Shown piece after piece: positions 50,871 to 62,870 of a stretch of DNA of 64,000 nt (the stretch's first letter is position 1; each line of letters opens with the position of its first letter). A model generated the notes under the pieces. The model was not told the origin of the DNA. It ran no database searches and saw only the letters and a list, made by a program, of their open reading frames with translations. The stretch is from Heptranchias perlo (Eukaryota): positions 11,718,001 through 11,782,000 of the forward strand of contig NC_090358.1 in NCBI RefSeq assembly GCF_035084215.1. The letters run 5' to 3'. The position numbers and the translations under genes were made by a program.

Positions 50871-51183
50871 TTTTTTTTTACAAAGTAGGGTTATCAATTC
50901 TTAGTTAAATTAATCATTGCGCATTGCAAAGTTAGTGACCTATAAGAGAACCTACTACTGTAAATCAGTTTCCATAATGGTTACCAGTAAAACTGATGTG
51001 AAACAACAAGAAAAGGTCCCTTGTACCAGTGAATAAATGACATCCAGGCTGATATACAGATAATAACCTGAGAGAGTGCAGCATTTACATACACTGCGAA
51101 GAGGCAAAGTACTACTGCACTGATCTTTCATTTATATTAATAGAAAAACATTGAATTATGTATAGTTTTTACATGATTCTTAC

Positions 51184-51390
51184 CCACTATAATTACCATC
51201 CAAACCAACACATATGTAAATCCAGAAATCCATACAGCACACATGAAAAAAGTTAGCATGAACCACTTTCTCCATTGACGTCTGCGACAATCTGGTGTCG
51301 TTATGAACAGCAGTGCAGTGATGGGAAGAGACAGCACCCACATAATTCGCTTTATATCCGATTCGGGCATTACAAAGACACTTGGTTGAT
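51184..51390 (-). CDS. SLC24A5: SLC24A5 exon 7
   Basis: tacag|(D)[22 protein letters not shown]...TTPDCRR...VLVWMVIIV|gtaaga. Confidence 0.95.
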
Positions 51391-52132
51391 CTGTATCAAA
51401 AAAATAACCTGGTCAAATAACTGATAGTTTTATATTGTAGAAGCAGTGGTTCCTTCAGATCAGTTCTTGAATCTTTCCTCCCCCCACCTTTTACACTTGT
51501 GAAGTGCCTTGGGATGATTTTCTATTTTTAAAAAAGTACTGTATAAAGTTGATAATGTTGAAACAAAAACAGAAAATACTGGAAACACTCAGGTCAGTCA
51601 TTTCAGGTGTGGACCATTCATTAAAACTGTCCTGAGTGTCCTCAGGAACATAGGAACCAGAATAGGTTATTCAGCCCCTCGAGCCTGTTCCACCATTCAA
51701 TTAGATAATGGCTGATTTGTATCTCAACTCCATTTATCCACATTGGTGCCACATCCCTTTATACCCTAGCCTAACAAAAAAAAAACCTATCAACTTCTCT
51801 GCTCTCCATAGCTACTGAGTGTTTCCAGCATTTTAGGTTTCAAGTTTCCAGCATCTGTTTTTTTCATTGAGATTTTTGGCACTGATTTCCTGAAGATGGG
51901 GGCTTATGCTGGGGTTATATACATGCTGACAGCTTTTCAATACCTCATCCGAATGACTATTCTGAAATATGTGAACCTATAAAGTGAGTGGCAGCAGGAT
52001 ATTTGACTGGGAGAAGGGGTATCACAGTTGAGCTGAATCCAGTTCGTTGTGCTGCTTGATCAAAGTAACCCAACTACCTTTTTCCTTAGTTTAATTTCAA
52101 AATATCTGCCTACTTTAAAATGGATCATTGTA

Positions 52133-52354
52133 AAAGTAATTTAAGATTTAGCCAATAAAAAAACTCTTCCAAAAAAAATCTACAGCTGAGATCACTTCAG
52201 TCACAAGAATCTTAGTGGTAGATCAAAAAAAAGTCCAAATATCTGAAATTTGGACCAATTTTTTTCAATCTTCCACAAAGTTTCTTGTAACTGAAGTGAT
52301 TTCTCAGCTGTAGATTTTTTGAAGGGTTTTTATTAGCTAAACCTTAATTACTTT
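52133..52354. repeat. ~220-bp imperfect palindrome (MITE-like fold-back)
   Basis: Pairings AAAGTAAT/ATTACTTT, AAAAAATCTACAGCTGAGA/TCTCAGCTGTAGATTTTTT and GTCCAAAT/ATTTGGAC around a 7-nt loop at about 52241-52247. Confidence 0.85.
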
Positions 52355-54212
52355 ATTAAAAAATTAATTCTGAAATGGTTTCTTTTTGAAATTAATAAAC
52401 ATAACTTTTAGATTAAAAACTTCAACTGTGCATTTAGGTGTAATTAAATTGTAAACCAGTTTAGAAAGAATGCATTTATGATTTCACAAAATCCAAAAAA
52501 GCTGGGAACGCAGGTTGGTCAGCATCTGCACAGAGAACAAATGGTCGATGTTTGTGTGTACTCTTCAGAACTGAACATTTTAAAAAATGAATAGTGATAG
52601 AAAAAGACAGGCAAAACAGGAAATGAGTGGAATGCTTAAGATGGTGTAGCAGATTATCTCGGATGAAGTAACGAAGAAACATTAAAACAAACACATTAAA
52701 GAAACAAAATGTGTGAATAATTAGTAGGAAGGGGAGAGATGAAAAACAAAAGAAGCTGGGGATCAAGTTTGTAATTTAAACAGAAGATGCTGGCAAAGTC
52801 CCTGTTGAAGTGTTCTCATTCTTTGAATCTGCTGTACTCTGCCAGCATCTTGTTTAAATTTTTGAACCTGAGCTCTGGGTTTTGACAGAATCTGCACCCA
52901 CAATATCAGCTCATCTGTTCTCTCCATAGATGCTGCTGAGTGATTCCAGCATTTTCTGTTTCTATTTAAGATTTCCAGTATCTGCATTATTTTTCTTTGC
53001 TTTTCTGCTCCCTCACCTTTTTATTTAGGCCTCCTTCTGCCTCAGCTATTCACACTCTGTTTAATTTCTTCAATTTATTTAATGCTTCTTTCTATTAAGT
53101 CATCCAACAAGCATCCCACCAATCCTTTCCTAATTCTATTAATAGAATTGTTTATCTAATTTCAGTTCTGTAGGAAGGTATGGGCTCAAAACATCAACTG
53201 TCTGTTTCTCCACAGCTACTGACTGATCTGCTCTGTTTGTGTTTCAGAATTCCAGCATTTACAATATTTGGGATTTTATTTGAATGGTCAAAATCTTTTC
53301 ACTTACCCCAAATTCTACAACAATTTAACTTTTTGTTCAATTTTGTTTGTCATATCAGCTGCATTTATACTGCAACTGTAGTGATTTCCACTCTGCAGTG
53401 ACACTATGTTGCAGTCCAACCTAACTCCAGAGCTCAGTGGTCAAAGACTCCCTGGAGGTGTTGAACACTAAATGGAGTATAACTCCAGTGCAATGTAAAA
53501 CATGTTTTAGAAAGTGCTCAAGGAGACACTTTGGGCCTCAAACTGGACGAGTTTTTGAGTGTAGATATACCTAGAAAACTTATATTTTGGCTGTTGGGAG
53601 GGCAGCTTTGTGTATGTGTTTCAGACTGGTAGCTTTAACAAATTCACCATGAATACGAAAGGTAAATCTGGAATATTTTAAAATTAGATTGAACAAGGGT
53701 ACACAAGTTCAAACTAATAAAGAGGTAAATTGAGGACTGATGTGAAGCAATTCTTCAGAGTTATCAACATCTGTAATAAATTTCCAGGGAGAGTAGTGGG
53801 TACAAACAGCCTGAAATCCTTTAGGAAACAATTGGATGCTGAAATAGGAAGGGGGGGGGGGGGGGAAAAAGAAGAGAAGGAAAAAAAAACTTAATGATTG
53901 CCCTGGATGGATGAATAGCAATCATCCATAATTATCTTGGTGAAATGGAAAGTTCTGGTTCTTATTTTTTGAAGAATGATGATTACATTCATTAGACTTT
54001 TTGGGTCTATGATTAAAAAATCTGATCATCCTGAACATAACTTAGTTTTCAGCACTTATTCATATTTTGTTGTTCTCAGCAGAATTTTAATGCAAGTGTG
54101 CTATGTTAGCTAATTAGTTCAAAATGATCCACCCTACAGCATCTTTGAAAATACAGGAAGGTGACAATCATTTTACAACCCACACACAATTATTAAACAT
54201 TGGGTTGAATAA

Positions 54213-54557
54213 ACACACAAGAGTGGTCACACACAAGAGTGGTCACACACAAGAGTGGTCACACACAAGAGTGGTCACACACAAGAGTGGTCACACACAA
54301 GAGTGGTCACACACAAGAGTGGTCACACACAAGAGTGGTCACACACAAGAGTGGTCACACACAAGAGTGGTCACACACAAGAGTGGTCACACACAAGAGT
54401 GGTCACACACAAGAGTGGTCACACACAAGAGTGGTCACACACAAGAGTGGTCACACACAAGAGTGGTCACACACAAGAGTGGTCACACACAAGAGTGGTC
54501 ACACACAAGAGTGGTCACACACAAGAGTGGTCACACACAAGAGTGGTCACACACAAG
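54213..54557. repeat. Perfect 16-bp minisatellite (ACACACAAGAGTGGTC) x ~21.6
   Basis: 21 identical units at 54213-54548 plus a 9-nt partial unit; no spacers. Confidence 0.97.
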
Positions 54558-55490
54558 TTGAATTTGTGGCATGGCCTTTCTGTATGCCTATTTATGAACA
54601 TAAAAGTTCTGGGCCCAAGTTGTTTTCAAATGTGTTTCTAACGCTCCACAAAAATGCAGCATTCAGAAATGTTAACACACTAAATTGAAATATCTTGGTG
54701 TTCAAGACTAGATAGAATATTCTGCAGAGATAAGTAAATTTAGAGAGATTATTCCACTGAATCACTACATAATCCTGAACGTTGTAAAAGGAAGATACCT
54801 GCATACTCAGCACTCCTTTTCAAATCATCCTTTGTTCCAGTGTTTGACACAGCCTGCAAAAAGATATTTGAATCATACAGCACAGAAGGGGGTCATACAG
54901 CCCATCGTGCCTGTGCCGGCTCTTTGGAAGAACTATCCAATTAGTCCCACTCTCTGTCCAGTTCCTGAAACAGTACCTGTATATTGATACCAGAAGTATT
55001 GTTGCAAAAATGGCATAATTTGAGAGGCTGATTCTATAGAAAATGTTTAAGTGGCCAGTGATTTAAATACAGGGTCACAGATTGCTAAGTGTACAGGTAT
55101 CCTGTGGCAAATTAGTCCAACACTTAAGACCACTAGAAAGTTCAATACAAAAGTGAAGTCTTAAGCAGCAGACAAGCCACAAAAGGAGTGTGAAATGGGA
55201 ACAGAAAAATCAAATTGGAGGTAGGGTGGTATAGAGGTTAAAAACAAATTGCTTTGAATAGATGCCACGATCCACATCTAATGTAGGCTATTCCTGAATG
55301 AGTGTGCTTAGTGTCAATCTAAAACAAAAATATGGAGCATTTCCAAATGTTAACATACCTCACTTTGACGAACAGAAAAATTCCTCCCCCTCAAAAAAAC
55401 CAAGAGGCACCTTTTCTATGTATACAAAGTAGCATACTAACTCACATGTAAATGTTCCATGCAAACCAAATAGGCTACTACTAGTATTAC

Positions 55491-55774
55491 CTTCAATAAT
55501 CTCTGAGAGCCCGTGTAAACTAAGAGAGAGTTGGGAATAATCAGAGTCTTCCTGAAAGATCCCACTGTCTGATCGAGAACGTCGATGTACCAGCGGTCCA
55601 TTTTTTCCTTTCCAATCTATTAGTGGTTGTTGCTCATTGCCATCTTCCATTGCTCGTGTCAAACAAGTACAGCATGGGCTAAACTTCGCCATTATGTACT
55701 GGTTTATTCGAATGTCAAAGCACAGAACCACAATGTATACTGCATAGATCAATAACAAAGAAGCAGACTCATAC
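55491..55774 (-). CDS. SLC24A5: SLC24A5 exon 6
   Basis: tttag|[26 protein letters not shown]...[29 protein letters not shown]|gtaata. Confidence 0.95.
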
Positions 55775-56354
55775 CTAAAAAGGCAGAACAGACAGTTTTT
55801 AAATAGGCACACCAACTAGATCATGCATTGTTGTCAAGTGTTACTCAGCAATGTAAAATAAAAAGTTAATTCAGCCCATGTACTGGGTATAAAGCATTTC
55901 ATTATTGCAAATAGTCAACAGTTGTACACAAATTAAAAAAGTGTTTTTTTAAAAAAAAAGACAAAGTAAATTTTTCCTTGAAAAAAGTAGAAAGCTAATG
56001 TGATGGATTAGATAAGTGAAATCCAGGGGCTCTCGTGGTTATTATAGAAATGGACCTCAGACTAAGGTTCTAATTTGAATCCCAGCCACAATTCAGATTC
56101 ACAACTGAGCTTTGCCCAGAGGGATAATTTCACCATTTCTGGCGAGATTGTGAGGGAGGGTGAGAGAATGCAGTTCATGTATTGTCATGCATACTATTAA
56201 ATCAGTCCCCCTAAAGAGCAATGTGGAAAGAGTTTATGGGATGGACCAAAAAAAAGGAAAAAAGAGATGGCATTGTTTCAAATATTAAAAAATTAAAAAC
56301 ACCATCTAAATATTGTAATTATTTAGTTAATACCATAATTTTAAATTATAATGA

Positions 56355-56573
56355 TGTGGAGATGCCGGTGATGGACTGGGGTTGACAATTGTAAACGATT
56401 TTACAACACCAAGTTATAGTCCAACAAATTTATTTTAAATTCCACAAGCTTTCGGAGGCTTCCTCCTTCGTCATTTCCATACCGTTCACCTGACGAAGGA
56501 GGAAGCCTCCGAAAGCTTGTGGAATTTAAAATAAATTTGTTGGACTATAACTTGGTGTTGTAAAATCGTTTTA
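56355..56573. mobile_element. Penelope-like insertion of two inverted pLTR pieces with a hammerhead motif and 12-bp TSD
   Basis: Perfect 81-bp inverted repeat (56393-56473 / 56491-56571); AAATTATAATGA at 56343-56354 and 56574-56585; core CTGACGA...GAAA at 56490-56514. Confidence 0.8.
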
Positions 56574-57449
56574 AAATTATAATGACACCAGAGTGACTAC
56601 TGAATTTTAGACACATACATTTTTAGTGCTTAATAAGGTGAGGAATGTCAGTGCTGGGAAATGGAACACTTGGCTATTTCTGACACTCAGTGCAGCAAAT
56701 ACTTCCGATATAGTCTAGTTAGCTGCAGATGAAAGCATCTTCCACTCAACCCCAAGCTTAGAAGAGTTTCTAAAACTGCACCACTGACACTTTCGCTTTC
56801 CCACATCAGTCATCCTGTGGCCACTCAGTAAATTTAATAGTTTTTGTGCCAAGAAATAGGACTGAAACTGTCCAAACCCCATTTCACATAGGGCCTTTAG
56901 ACAGAGATGACTGTCATCCCATCAGTCTAGCTAGATTTGAAATCAGGTCCCAGTGGTAAAAGACTAGTTTGCTAACCTGCTGCACCACCTGATCTAAACA
57001 TACATATCAATCAACAAAAGTTTCTTTTAAATGTGAAAATAATTATAGAAGTTAACTTTCATTGAAATATAATGGCTTGAAATATAATGCAGTCTGAACA
57101 AGATACATTGGTGGTCTTGATGTATGAACCCTCTCAATCCTTCTGATGAGGCAACAGCTATAGCTCTGAATGCAAGAACCTGCCCATAAGCCTGTGCCTT
57201 TAATGTTCTGAACTAGCCAAAAAGAGGCACCCATAAGCAGTCCAGGGATGACTCACCCTCCTTATAGTAGTGTGGCTGAGATTGGGAAGTCAGTTGAGCG
57301 AGTAAACCAAACCAATGATTGATTTTGGGATTTTCTTGGTCCGTACAGCTCAGTATCAATTCATGTGTTGCATCTACCCACTGAATTATTGGGTGGGGAA
57401 AATTAGATTTTTCAAAACTATATTTTAATAATAGGCTGAGAAATCTTAC

Positions 57450-57550
57450 CAGTAAATCACATTGTCAAAGATAATCGCAATAAGTGCTGCAACACTAATA
57501 GCATAAGCTGCACAATCTCTGAACAGCGGCCAGCAAGTCAATCTGCAAAC
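57450..57550 (-). CDS. SLC24A5: SLC24A5 exon 5
   Basis: tctag|[33 protein letters not shown](W)|gtaaga. Confidence 0.95.
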
Positions 57551-57986
57551 CTAGAAAAGTTTACAAAATTATTTTGTTACAAGAATTTAACCTTTTGCTC
57601 AACCCTGATGGAAGTCCTTTTCTAATACAGGACACTTAACAAAATAGTTTCTAAAACCACTAAATTTTATACTAGAAATGTAGTTTCAGCCTAGAGTGCT
57701 TCACAATCCATGATCGATGATATGACTATCATATCTGTTTCAGTTCCTCACGTGACTGGGCTTTACTTCAATAAATTCTAAATGCAAGAACTTAAAGTAA
57801 ATTTGAGCTGGTTAGATTTGGATAACATGAGTTTTGATATCATTTGTACATATTTTAATGAAGTTGTATAGTGGTTAACTATTCTTGCACTGATAAAATT
57901 AATGCAAAGATCTTGGAATTGTGCCAAACCAAAATACTGGTGCAACCTTTCTTCACCTCGTCAGCACCAAGTTTCTATTTACATAC

Positions 57987-58090
57987 CATGGTGGTTAATA
58001 ATCCACATGCAGTACAGATGCCAAGCAAATTGTAAACTGCTGACCCAACTATTGTACTAACGCCAATGTCTCCCTTCGTCACAAAGACTC
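57987..58090 (-). CDS. SLC24A5: SLC24A5 exon 4
   Basis: catag|(G)[34 protein letters not shown]|gtatgt. Confidence 0.95.
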
Positions 58091-58254
58091 CTATGTACAA
58101 AGAAGGAGAAAGATCAGATAGCAACTTCTAATGTTTAGAACAATCTAAAACAGTGTAATACATTAAGGCAAGACATTCATGTTGAACTCAAACCTATACA
58201 AATGAAAGTGATCACTGAACATTAATTGGAAACTGCTGTTCTTGTATTCAATCA

Positions 58255-58383
<129 letters not shown>

Positions 58384-60145
58384 TCAATTACAAATGCTGT
58401 TATTATACTATTAGAATTCTATGCATGAATTAAATATGTATTTAACTGAAATCAGCTAAAAGATATCATTTGAAGTCTGCAATAACTTGACATAATGCCC
58501 AAGAGATTCAGCAGACCCTCAATTCTTTTCAAACTTGGCTTGACACTACAGTGGAGTAATAAATACACGCCACAGAACAGCAAGCCCAAGCAGTGAGAGA
58601 TGGTCACCGAGGGGTCACGCACTGTTTGGCTGTAACGTATTCCAGAATAAGATGACGACCAATGCAAAATTGGCAGTACAACTACAACCTTAAGCCAGGC
58701 CCAGTATCCTTCAATAAGATACATGCCAAAGGTACATACCAGAAATGCAGCTAATGTATTTTTATTGCAATCCAGTTGGAAGGTGCAGAGGAGCTCAGAC
58801 AGCAAGTCCAAATATCCTAAAGAAAATTCAGGCCAGAAGGGAATGCTGCACACAGCAGTGTGTGTGTACTGGTCATAACAGAACAAATACCGTGAGTTCT
58901 TTCTTTACAAGATGCAAAGCTTCCCGTTCCCTGAAGCCAATAAAAATATGCATTATACAATGAAGCTACATAGAATTATCAAACATTCAACCCCATTTAA
59001 TGATTTGTGAAATAATTTAAAATTGGAAAAAAAACATGGTTATTTAAAAAGTGGAATGTACATCCTAAATTCAATGGGACACACAACATCTTTTACTTTA
59101 ATAAACTATTTAGAAAGAGATCCTGAATGCACAAAGTCTGGTGTGAGAAAGGTGATCAAACTTGCTCTATCCAGACATACAATCATTCTACCATGGACTT
59201 AGATAATGTCCTCCTTTAGGGGCACGAGTTCCTTCCACTGGGGAAAACAATAGTCAAGCAGAATTGTTAATAGCTTTATAATCCTCAGTCCCTCTTCTCG
59301 ATAGATATCCATCTAGCTCCCTTTTAAAAAGATGTCAATTGACCCTAAACCAACTATCTTTTTCTGGGTGCAAAAAATAAAATACTAAGGACAGGTAGCA
59401 TCGGCTGAGAAAACAGACAGTTCAATGCCTCGAGTATGGACCCTTCATCAGAACCCCTTCTCTTGGAGTCTGCTCCACATAGCCACTATCCCGCAGGAAA
59501 AAAATGCTATTACTAATCTCTAATTTTGCGAGAGACTTGTGAATTTTGTACTTGTATTCTCCACCCTTCGGTTACCAATTTCTTGTAGTACAAACCAGAC
59601 TGTTAGAAACTTTAACGAGCATCTTTAGAACAGTCTCAAAACTCACCTTATTCGTAAAAAATGTTGTAATGGTACCTTGTTAAAGAAGAGCTGCACTAAA
59701 TTGATAACAGCACATTAGTCCATCTCCCATGGTATTGCACATGGGGAGTCGAGATAAATGAATTCTTCAGATGAAGTGGGGTTATAGGGCAGGGAGTGCA
59801 GATGTAAGTCATACATTCCGTCTATTTTTATACAATACTTTGATATTATAGTTAAAATAACAAAACCTGGGAAGCAGAGAAAGAGTTGGTTGGAGCATAG
59901 GTGTTTCTCTGCAGTGCAGGTTGCAGGAGCTGAGAAATGTAAAACTGAAGTGCTGTAGCACCACCGCTAGTCAAAGGGTGTAATTACAGGATCAAGTTTA
60001 CATAGACAGTTTCCATTATAAACGTGGATGTAGGAATTTATAATGGAAATGTTAACACTGAAGTGTGACAATAGTATGTAAGACTTTGTAGACAAGAAGT
60101 GTGTGCAGATGCAAGATTATTATATATAATAACATTTACACTTAC

Positions 60146-60325
60146 ATTCACTGATAACTTCTAAGGAAGGCAAAAAATAATCTTCACAAACTATGTCTAT
60201 AGCCAACAGCATGTAGAGGATGATGATAAAGTGAATAATTATCCCTCCCTCCTTTCTCTCCTCCTGCGTAAAAAATCCTTCAGGGAATTCGGATGAAGGA
60301 GGCTGTACGCACTTGGTTACGTTAT
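60146..60325 (-). CDS. SLC24A5: SLC24A5 exon 2
   Basis: aagcag|(D)[59 protein letters not shown]|gtaagt. Confidence 0.95.
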
Positions 60326-60526
60326 CTGCTTTAAAGTAAGAAAAAAAATAAAGTTACATTTGAACCTGACCGTGAACACACAAATATTAATGCAATTCCC
60401 ATATCAGACGTGGAAATTTACTGATGGTCAAAATATTGGAATAGCCAAGAGCTTGTTAAACTATCAGACTTATAACCGAGAACTCCCTTATACAATCAGC
60501 GTTACCCTGTTAAGGCAGAAACTAAC

Positions 60527-60686
60527 CTGTCAGAGTTCGACGAACTCGCTCAGCATTGTCCAAGTTGGAGGAGGCAGCTTTGTGAATGAAATGGGCTATT
60601 CCATACACGAAAAAGCATATTCCCATCACAAAGAAGATCACTTCTGTTCGCCTTTTTCTGGGCTTCAACAATGCTGTCGTACTCAT
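60527..60686 (-). CDS. SLC24A5: SLC24A5 exon 1 (signal/TM0 and basic RVRR site); not in the ORF track
   Basis: aaaATG at 60686-60684; MSTTALLKPRKRRTEVIFFVMGICFFVYGIAHFIHKAASSNLDNAERVRRTLT|gttagt. Phase 1 fits exon 2; total CDS 1542 nt = 513 aa. Confidence 0.88.
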
Positions 60687-62489
60687 TTTTGATCACAAGA
60701 TGTTCCGGCAAACCTCTAAATTCAACCACACTTTCACTGTTTACCAGCAATAGCAACTCATCAAAGTAGTTTAGTTTTGGTTTGCAACTGCATGAAAAGA
60801 TTGAAAAACTCATCACAACTACTTTTAATTCGAACGTATTGGAGCTCAGATGACATGGATCACGAGTTGTACTAACTAATCATCTGAGTCAAGCAGCTTT
60901 CCCCGGAGGGCCAATTAGCTCGTTGATGAGGGAAAGGGAAGATGGAAAGGGGAGTGGTTCCTGAAGGGAATGAGAAAGGTTGCGTTTTCATTCGTGTGAT
61001 GTATGTTGTAGATATTCATTTATAGGCTAACAAGAAAAACATGGTACAGGATAAAGTCAATACTTTTATTGAATAAGTAGGTTTAAGGACATGGCCCGAT
61101 AGAATGGGATTTGGAAAAGGTATAAACATCAATGTAAGTATATTTTGGGTACAGATGATTTTACACCTATTTCTCATGATTACATTTCAAGATAAAATCT
61201 ATTTCTCTCAGCCGCAGCATTTCTGGAATCACAACTATTTCTCGTGACTATGAAAATAATAGGGCTTTCAGGGAAGCAAATTAAGCAATGACGTTGTACA
61301 TTTTTCTCTCCCCTGAAGGCATCGGCTCTTTGTTGGGTTGGGGTCCTACACATACGGGTTGGCTTTTAGTACCTGGTCCAAGTCACAATTATTCACATGA
61401 GAGCCTTGATAGTGACTGTCATAGGCAAGCTATGAAGCACATTTGGCTGGGAGAGGAGCCCAATTTCCACACATCTGCACTTCCAGTAGTGGTTAGGAGC
61501 AGGAACCCTAGCTTTTATCTCCAACAGTGCTAAGTAAGTACCATAGGCATTTTCACAAGATTTTGGTTGATCTGTTAAAACGCTGTTCTCTCCAAAGTTA
61601 AGCATGTAGAGGCTGTTGTTCTGAATACTAAAGCAAAATATTTTGAGATCAAGTTACCTCTTTGTACACTAATAATCTACGTATTAGCACATGGGAAAAT
61701 GTTGCTTCATCCCAGGTTGATGAATTGTTCAAGAAGTTTTGTGTACTTTTATTTACTATTCTTTACATAGAATGTACAGCGCAAAACAGGCGATTCAGTC
61801 CATTCTCATCCTATTAGTGTAAATGTAAATGAGGAAGGTGGTGGAACCTAGTCTTCACTTTAAACATGGCTCTCCTTTCTGCTAAATGGAACTAGAAGTT
61901 TCAATGTCAAGACCACAACTGGAACTTTATTTTTTCACAGATGGCTAAACACAAGAAAATATGTTTCAATAGAGCAGCAAAATATTTGTGTAGTAAGCCT
62001 GTTTTGCTGTAGTTAATTAGTATTGAATAAACATGTATGGGGTTTGGGCCGAGGAAAGAAAGACTCATTCATTGCAGGAATTTGAAATTTGATCACGTTC
62101 ATCAATGGTATGGAATAGGAAATTTTAACTTTTTAAATAGGTATCATTTAAAATGTTTCACCATAATTTGTGCATAGAAGAATTTGTGTGATACAATTTC
62201 CCTTCCCTGTTTTGTTTTTGACATAACGTAAACACTAGAAGTCAAGTGTGCATATGCCACAAGCAACTCGGTATGAGCTGCAAATGCTTTCACTGCTTAC
62301 ACCTTGTGACATTTTAAGGTTTTGAAACATAATTTCTCTTTCAACAGTGGTGTCGGAAGCCTCCTATGTAAGCCATGCCCCTTGTGATTTGGTAGCCTGT
62401 GTCTTAGTTGGGTAGCTCAGGGTTAACGATTATCCTATTTAGCAGTATACTGCACACTAGAATTTATGCAGTACCTTCGCAGAAGGGTA

Positions 62490-62870
62490 TGTTGGTGGTG
62501 TAGTGGCTATGGTACTGCACTAGCAACCCAGAAGTCATGAGTATGAATTCCACCGTGGCAAGTTGTGAAATTGGAATCAATAAATCTGGTAGTTTGTGGA
62601 CTAGCACTAGTTTTAAAAAAAACATGAAAGCTTCCGTATCATTGTAAAAACCCAGTGGGTTCACTACCATCCTTTAGAGAAGGGAGCCTGTCATCCCTAA
62701 CTGATCTAGGCTAACCGTGACTCCAGTCCCACACACTATGGTTGACTCTTAGTGCCCTAGCAACTTTAAAAACAATCGTTAAAAATAAGGCCCTATCATA
62801 TCAAGGCAGTGAGGGATGGGCAATAAATGTGGGAGCGTGACCCACATCCCAGGGGTAAACAAAAAAAACT
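62490..62870 (+). mobile_element. tRNA-head SINE with Zenon-like LINE-derived 3' tail
   Basis: A-box-like TGGTGTAGTGG; tail 'agggatgggcaataaatg...cccacatccc...aaaaaaa' matches the LINE 3' UTR at 6582-6647. Confidence 0.65.

Noticed and set aside
54124-54688. CRISPR-like array or repetitive protein ORFs
   Set aside because: Head-to-tail identical 16-mers without spacers, in a eukaryotic intron. The ORFs exist only because the unit has no stop codon.
58452-58886. 144-aa ORF in SLC24A5 intron 2
   Set aside because: No recognisable domain or supporting splice structure; the CDS is complete without it.
60550-60816. 88-aa minus-strand ORF as a separate gene
   Set aside because: It overlaps SLC24A5 exon 1 in another frame; the true frame has the signal segment and a phase-compatible donor.
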